NCBI RefSeq assembly: GCF_009914755.1
Contig: NC_060931.1
DNA from: the human T2T-CHM13v2.0 reference genome, Homo sapiens
Length of the DNA: 64,000 nucleotides
Direction: 5' to 3' (one strand)
The notes under the pieces were generated by a model, which was not told the DNA's origin, made no database searches, and saw nothing but the letters and a program-made list of their open reading frames with translations. Positions within the stretch are counted from its first letter, which is position 1. Every line of letters starts with the position of its first letter. The position numbers and the translations under genes are program-made. Positions 57,115-64,000 of the stretch are shown piece after piece.

Positions 57115-57573
57115 TGTAGTAGGACAAGCCTCAGACAAAACTCCTCAGACACCAAGTTAAAGAAGGAAGGGGTTTATTCAGCCAGGAGCATTGGCAAGAC
57201 TCCTGTCTCAAGAGCCAAGCTCTCCAAGTGAGCAATTCCTGTCCCTTTTAAGGGCTCACAACGCTAAGGGGGTCCGTGTGAGAGGGTTGTGATCAATTGA
57301 GCAAGCAGTGGGTATGTGACTGGTGGCTGCATGCACCAGTAATCAGAACGAAATAGAACAGGACAGGGATTTTTACAATGCTTTTCCACACAATGTCTGG
57401 AATCTACAGATAACATAACCAGTTAGGTCAGGGGTCGATCTTTAACTACCAGGCCCAGGGCGTGGCACCGGGCTGTCTGCCTATGGATTTCATTTCTGCG
57501 TTTTAGTTTTTACTTCTTTCTTTGGTGGCAGAAATTGGGCATAAGACAGTATGAGGGGTGGTCTCCTCCCTTA
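57115..57573 (-). mobile_element. LTR2 solo LTR (HERV-E/Harlequin, ERV1)
   Basis: Reverse strand TAAGGGAGGAGACCACCCCTCAT...GTTAAAGATCGACCCCTGACC...AATAAA...CTACA. Confidence 0.9.
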
Positions 57574-58027
57574 TTCATCTGACTAAAGAGTGAATATTAC
57601 TATTTCCAGCAGTGCCAGTTTCTCCAGATAAAGATTCAAAATGAATACCCTGCTACAGATCTAGGTAAACTGTCTGATTTGGGGAACTGGAATGTGGGAT
57701 CAGAACTGTGATCCTTTTCCAAGCCGGTAACACTTACCATATCAACAGGGAAACTCAAAGGCATGCTTTTAGCTGCCATGCAGCTTTACAGTCCTTAAAA
57801 TATATTCCTTCGGTAAATTTCCTTGGGTAAATTTCACCTTTATGCAAATTTTATTTTCAACTTTTTATTGTCTGATTTAGATACATGGAATTCTGCACCC
57901 ACCACATGGAATCCAGCTAATTACCTTCAATTACAGTTAATTGAATTATGTACCCGTTTCATGGTGATAGAACATTTTTATATTTTATTCATTATCTATC
58001 TTCTTGACCACTACTTGCTAATCCTTA

Positions 58028-58362
58028 CAATAGTCTCCTCCTTATTCATAGTTTCACTTTCCACAGTTCCTTTGGTCAACCACCGTCTGAAAATATTACA
58101 TATAATAAGATATTTTGAGAGAGAAAGAAAAAAATAAGACCACATTTGCAGAACTTTTTTTACAGTATATTCTTATAATAGTTCTATTTTATTATTAGTT
58201 ATTGTTAATCTCTTACTGTGCCTAATTTATAAACTAAACTTCATTATAGGCATGTATATATAAGAAAAAACACACTATATATACAGTTTAGTACTATCCT
58301 CAGTTTCAGGGGCCCACTGGGAGTCTTGGAGTATATCCCCCATGGATAAGAGGGAACAACTG
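58028..58362 (+). mobile_element. MER44A (Tigger7 MITE)
   Basis: TA|CAATAGTCTCCTCCTTATTC...GGATAAGAGGGAACAACTG|TA terminal inverted repeats, ~335 bp. Confidence 0.82.
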
Positions 58363-58729
58363 TATATTAGCAATGTAATTGATTACATGTAGATTATGCA
58401 AATATATGCAAAATGTTTATAAATTCTTTTCCACCAGCACAGGAAAACATTGTTTTCATGTTCATTTATCACACCTATATATAGGTCACGGTTTGAAGAC
58501 AGCTAGTTCATCTGGCTATCAACCTCCAAGGCCTGCCGTAGCTCACTCAAATTAATCATCTAATTAACAATCTTTTACACATAAACATAAAGTATTACTC
58601 TTAATAAGTATAGGATTTTTGTAAACCCACTGCAGTGCACCTAATTAAGCTAATTTTTTTATTTTTTCAGAAAATCTAAGCTGTCTAGGTTAGATGCACA
58701 ATAAAAATAATAATCAATGAAATTAGCAT

Positions 58730-59340
58730 AACAATATTTAATTTGCCATTGCCTATTATAATTGACATTGTTTCCAATTTTTAATACTATAGATAAAATT
58801 ACAGTGAACATGTATTTGTCCATAAACATAGTTTTATTGTTCTGTTGAATTTTTTTTTTACAAAAATTCCTAGTAGTAATATTACTCAGTGAGCAGATGC
58901 ATTTAGTTTGGCTGTTCATAGGTATTGCTTTGAATGCTTTCCAAAAAGCTTGTTTGATCACAACTGTGTCAATTTTGTACTTACTTGTTTTGTTTGAATG
59001 TTTTATAGTATAAGCAAATTTATAGAGGTTAAATAGATGCTACTAAAATGTTGCTTTGATTACTAGGAACAATAGATTTTTTTTAATAACTTCTTTTGCT
59101 ATTTAAATTTTTACTTATGTGGGTTTTTTTGTTTATACCCTTTGCTCATTTACTACTGGGACTTGATGTTTGTCTTGTGAATTCAAATTAATTCTTTATG
59201 TATTATGTTAAGCTTTTCATACTTATATTTTATGCAAGCTGTTCTTCGATTAAGTTTTATCATATTTCATTTTATACATATACTTAAATGTTTTGTATTC
59301 ACTTCTATGGCAATGAATCTAGAAATCTTTTGCGTAATTA
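58730..59340 (-). mobile_element. Ancient L1ME fragment
   Basis: TTGTTTCCAATTTTT...AGTGAACATGTATTTG...AAATTCCTAGTAGTAATATTACT. Confidence 0.55.
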
Positions 59341-59497
59341 TTATTTAGCTTTCTTGAAAAAAAAATCTATTTTAAAATATGTGTTTGTTCCATGAGGGCA
59401 AACACCATGCCTATTTTACTCAAAAGAATCTGCAGGATATAATATGTAGCCTAGCACTTAGGGGGCATCCATTAATTTTTTTGTATTTGAAAATATA

Positions 59498-59810
59498 CAG
59501 AATTTCTCAAAGTGTTTGGCAATGAAATAAATTTTGATAACACTGAAAAGTATAGTCTTATGGAATAATAATTCTAATTAGAAAAGATTTTTAAGAAAAT
59601 TAGTCTATTCAATGAGATTTACAATGTATATTAGCATATTAAAGTCTGAGTAGTCTGGTTATTAAAAAACAAAAACAAAACAAATAAAAACCTATTTAAG
59701 TTTATTTAACCCAAAAGTATACAAATTTATTTGACCATAGAACCTTCATTAACTTCTGTTATATGCAGATCAAATGTCCAGTGGAATAGGCTTCAGGAAT
59801 TATGTACTAA
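59498..59810. mobile_element. hAT-Charlie-family MITE remnant
   Basis: CAGAATTTCTCAAAGTGT start; AGCATATTAAAGTCTGAG...ATTTAACCCA...AAATTTATTTGACCATAGAACC. Confidence 0.45.
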
Positions 59811-60114
59811 TGTCATTGCACATTCATTTGCCTAGTGTATTTATCAATGAAAATATACTTAAGATCAGTGTTCACATAGAAAGTATTACAATGGCTTCTA
59901 CTGAAAAAGAAAAACATCTAATAAAGTAGCTATGAGCTCCATAAGCATTGCTTGGCCTAAAAAAGAAAAAACACAACAAAAAGTAAAGTAACTATAAGCA
60001 ATGCAAAAAAAATTCTTTTCTTATTGTTATATTTTAAAAATATTTTCTCTGTAATATATATGGAGGGACACTATTAGTGTATCATTCACAGATATTTCTT
60101 TAAAAACTTCACAG

Positions 60115-60116
<2 letters not shown>

Positions 60117-60152
<36 letters not shown>
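60117..60152. repeat. (GT)18 microsatellite
   Basis: Direct reading. Confidence 0.97.
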
Positions 60153-60154
<2 letters not shown>

Positions 60155-61272
60155 TCTCTGATCAGATCTGTTAAATTATGGACATTAGAAATTGGATATT
60201 TGCTTTAAACAATATTAAGTAGTAATTTTTTTGCACAGCTCTTAAAATAAAAATAATTATAATTTAAAAGCATAGAGTTTTAAATAAATACATTAAAATT
60301 AAATGTACAGAAATTTTCTAAAACCAACACTTTTAAAGTAGAACATATTTATTTGTTCTCTTCAATGAATAAAATTTTAGCTAAGTCATTAAATTCCTTT
60401 CTGTGTGAAATGCACAATTTCTCTGTCCAAAATATCTTGCTAATTGGACTTTAGGATTCTGTTTTGAATGTAGAAAAATGGACAGAATATCATTTTTATC
60501 CATAAATCAAATATAAGCTGAAAAAAAATTTTAAATTATAACTTTTCTTGAACCCATCAGTAACCTGAGATCTCATGGCAACCAATTAGCCTGAATCATA
60601 AGGAAAGACTGGAAACTCCAAGAAGAGACTGGATGCAAGCACTGAATCACCTGGGGCAGAGCACAAAAAGAATATGTGGCTGCTATATAAGTGGGCAGAA
60701 ATAATTCATATGCTATTAGCAACAAATTGTTAAATCTGAGCCTCGACTATGATGAGAGTATAAAACCCATAGTAGCAACAGACACAGGGGTATCTATACC
60801 CATTCACGGGCTCTTCGTGGACCTTCATTTTATGGTCATGAGAAAAGATTACAGATACAGTAGAAAACCAATGAAAGCCTCACTTATGATGCAGAGGTAG
60901 AGTAATGGAGTTGTCACCACTGTAGAAAGGACAGGAAACTTTACTATGACCATATTACCCTGGGCAACAAAAGCCTAAATCCAAAGAGGTCAGAAAACCC
61001 TATGCTAGATAAATACAAAATACATAAATAAATAAAACAGCATGCACCTAGTCTTGAAATATTCAAACAACCGAAAGCCAAAGGTAAAGAGAGTACAGAT
61101 GCCTCTTGACTTATAATGGGGTTATATCCCAATAAACTCATCCTAAATGGAAATGCAGGGTAACTAGGAGCTGTGGCTCACTGTAGGTGCCCAGGATCAG
61201 GAGAGAAGGAAGATTTCTACTGAATATGTGTTGCTTTCACACCATCATAAAGTAAAAAAAGTTAAAGTTGAG

Positions 61273-61551
61273 GGCCAGGGGCAGTAGCTTACACCTGTAA
61301 TCTCAGCATTTTGGGAGGTTGAGGTGGGTTGATTGCTTGAGCCCAGGAGTTCAAGACTAGCCTGGGCAATGTGGCAAAACCCCATCTCTACAAAAAATAC
61401 AAAAATTAGCCAGGCATAGTGGCATGGGCCTGTGGTCCCAGCTACTCAGAAGGCTGAGGTGGGAGGATCACCTGAGCCCAGGAAGTCAAAGCTGCAGTGA
61501 GCTGTAATCATGGCACTACACTCCAGCCTAGGGACAGAGTGAGACCCTGTC
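61273..61551 (+). mobile_element. AluJ (Jb-like)
   Basis: TTGAGCCCAGGAGTTCAAGAC; GGATCACCTGAGCCCAGGAAGTCAAAGCTGCAGTG. Confidence 0.92.
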
Positions 61552-61602
61552 AGAAAAGAAACAAAAGGAAGGAAGAAAGGAAGGAAGGGAGGGAGGGAGG
61601 GA

Positions 61603-61685
<83 letters not shown>

Positions 61686-61894
61686 GAAGGAAGGAAGGAA
61701 GGAAGGAAGGAAGGAAGGAAGGAAGGAAGGAAAGAAATAAAGAAAGAAAGGAAGGAAGGAGGAAGGAAGGAAAGAAAGAAAGAAAGAAAGAAAAAAGAAA
61801 AGAAAAGAGAGAAAGGAGAAAGAAAGAAGAAAGAAAGAAAGAGAAAGGAGAAAGAAAGAAAGAAAAGAGAAAGAAAGAAAGAAGAAAGAAAGAA
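61552..61894 (+). repeat. Compound purine microsatellite: (GAAA)21 at 61601-61684, (GGAA)12 at 61685-61732, with degenerate flanks
   Basis: ~343 nt with only two pyrimidines. Confidence 0.97.
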
Positions 61895-62111
61895 TTGTAA
61901 GTTGAACCATCATAAGTTGGGGACAATCTGTATCTTACAAGCAGCCTAAGAAAAAGGATACATTACAGAGGGGAAAAGAAGATAAGAACTATGACAGACT
62001 TCTCATCAAAACTATGCAAGCTAAAAGACAGTGGAATGACATCTTTAAGGCAATGAAAAAAAAAATCTGTGCACCTATATGCTATACTCAGAAAATCTTT
62101 CAAAAATGAAG

Positions 62112-62717
62112 GCGGGAAAACACAACACTTTTTCTCTACGCTATACTCTCACAACATACTTCTGACACCAAATGTGTGTGGTTTCTCCCCACATACCAAG
62201 CAATTCTGCAGCAGACACCGAGTTATCTTATAATTCAATTCCATTCTGACACTAAAAACCAGGGTTCCCACAAGCCCCTTCTGGAGTCTGATAATTTGCT
62301 AGAATGGTTCACAAAACTCAGGATTATACTTTATTTATGTTTATCAGTTTATTATAAAGGATATAACTAAGGAACAGCCATGTGGAAGAGACACATAGGG
62401 CAATGTATGGGAGAAAGAATCATACAGATCTTCCATTCTCTTTCTGGGTGAGCCTTTCTCCTAGCACTCCACAAGCTCAGCAACCCAGAAGCTCATTGCA
62501 TTTCCTAGTTCAAGAGTTTCCATTGAACTTAATCTCCAACCCCTTTTAGCCATCCCCTGATATCCCCACTAAGTTTATTAGCATAAACTCAGTTGTATAG
62601 AAAGGAGCTCATTATGAGTAACAAAAGATACCACTATCTCAGGAAATTCCAAGCTTTTTAGGTGCTCTGTGACAGAAACTAGGGATAAAGACCAAACACA
62701 TTTCTTATTCTACCACA
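62112..62717 (-). mobile_element. MER21C-like LTR with internal deletion
   Basis: ACTTCTGACACCAAATGTG; GATAATTTGCTAGAATGGTTCACAAAACTCAGG; ends CTACCACA; GAAG on both flanks. Confidence 0.75.
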
Positions 62718-63171
62718 GAAGAATGTAGATATATTTTTAGAGCATTCATTACCCACAGACATACACTGTAATAAATGTATTTAAAAAGTACTTAAGGCAG
62801 AAAAAATATGACACCAGACAGAAACTTGTATCTACATAAAGAAATAAAGACCTCCTGAAACACTTTAAATGAAACTAAACGTAAAAGTAATATTTTGCTT
62901 ATTTTTAATCAATCTAAAAGGTAATGGCTTAAAGCAAATATAGTAGCACCAATGTATTGGGATTTTATAGCTTATATAAAAGTAAAATGTCTCACAATAT
63001 CACAGATGATGGAGAAATTTGGAGTTTACTGTTGCAAAGTTTGTATACTACACATGAAGCAGTATTATATTATTAATATTTGAAGGTAGACTATACTTAA
63101 TTAAAGATGTACATTATAAACTCTAGGGCAAACATTAAAACATGTATTAAAGAGGTATAAATAATAAGCCA

Positions 63172-63485
63172 GGCCAGGTGAAGTTGCTCACATCTATAAT
63201 CCCAGGACTCTGGGATGCCAAGGGAGGAGGATTACTTAAGGCCAGGAGTTTCAGACCAGACTGGGCAACATAGTGAGATCTGGTCACTACAAAAAAATTT
63301 GAAAATAAAATAAAATTAGCCAGACATAGTGACATGCACTGGTAGTCCTAGCTACTCAGGAGGCTGAAGCAGGAGGACTGCTTGAGTCCAGTAGTCCCAG
63401 GCTACAGTGAGCTATGATCATGCCATTACGCTTCAATCTGGGTGACAGAGTGTGACCTTGTCTCTAAAAAACTTAAAAAATAAAA
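63172..63485 (+). mobile_element. AluJ (Jo/Jr-like)
   Basis: Diverged dimer, GGCTACAGTGAGCTATGATC. Confidence 0.88.
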
Positions 63486-64000
63486 TGCCAATAGTGGAAA
63501 TAATATAGAATCATAAAATGTATTATATTAATGTAAATACAAACAAGAAAAAAGAAGAAAAAAAATCCAAGAGTGGGTGGGACAAATAAAAAGCAATTAC
63601 CAAAGTGGTAGGTTTTAATTTAATCACACCAAAATTATTTTAATGTAAAGGGTCTAAACACTCTAAGTACTGATTGTCAGATTGGATAAAAAAGCAAGAC
63701 TCAAGTATATGCTGTCTATAAGAAACTAATTTTAAATATAAAGACTTCTAGTTTAAAAATATAACATTCAAACACTAATCAAAATATTTTGCGTATTTAA
63801 ATAAATGTTGACACCCTAGTTGTAAACAGTATTTGATATCGTATATAACGTATATGATATATAACATATAAATAACAACGAAATGTGATTTATCTATATT
63901 TAAATCAAGAAATAAACATTCTCCCTAAACCTGTGGCTTTTTTCCAAGGCTATTTCCAAAGCATTCTCTTAACCTTTGTGTTCATGACACAGCTAATACT

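Larger units (their letters stand above)
61096..61930 (+). mobile_element. MER47/Tigger5 MITE split by AluJ
   Basis: TA|CAGATGCCTCTTGACTTATAATGGGGTTA...CCATCATAAGTTGGGGACAATCTG|TA. Confidence 0.82.
60950..63785 (+). mobile_element. Old L1M ORF1 to ORF2-start region, fragmented by MER47, Alus and MER21
   Basis: ACAGACTTCTCATCAAAACTATGCAAGCTAAAAGACAGTGGAATGACATCTTT; GATTGTCAGATTGGATAAAAAAGCAAGAC...TATGCTGTCTATAAGAAAC. Confidence 0.7.

Noticed and set aside
61446-61949. 132-155-aa ORFs on both strands
   Set aside because: Translation of the GAAA/GGAA microsatellite plus Alu sequence.

Overview
Primate (catarrhine, most likely human) intergenic or intronic DNA, dominated by interspersed repeats. 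It carries ~25 Alus (FLAM, J, S, one Y), a full-length minus-strand L1PA7/8-class element with TSDs, a twin-primed older L1, several old L1M fragments, solo LTRs (MST plus internal, MER51, MER52, MER21, MER50, THE1, LTR47, MLT1, LTR2), DNA-transposon MITEs (MER91, MADE1, MER2, Tigger3, MER5A, MER58, MER44, MER47), MIR/L2 and microsatellites. No intact protein-coding gene, RNA gene or CRISPR array can be supported; almost all ORFs in the track are repeat read-through. The structure that repeat annotation does not explain is: (i) a 203-bp inverted copy of nearby unique DNA inserted inside an Alu (18892-19094, donor 20075-20278); (ii) a serial direct-plus-inverted templated insertion in the L1 5'UTR that duplicates the ORF0/antisense-promoter segment; (iii) several smaller templated-repair patchworks; (iv) a perfect SOX-OCT composite motif at 948-962 between two candidate non-coding minus-strand exons; (v) a ~340-nt pure-purine Alu tail with (GAAA)21(GGAA)12. 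Repeat subfamily names come from recalled consensus sequences, not a database search.
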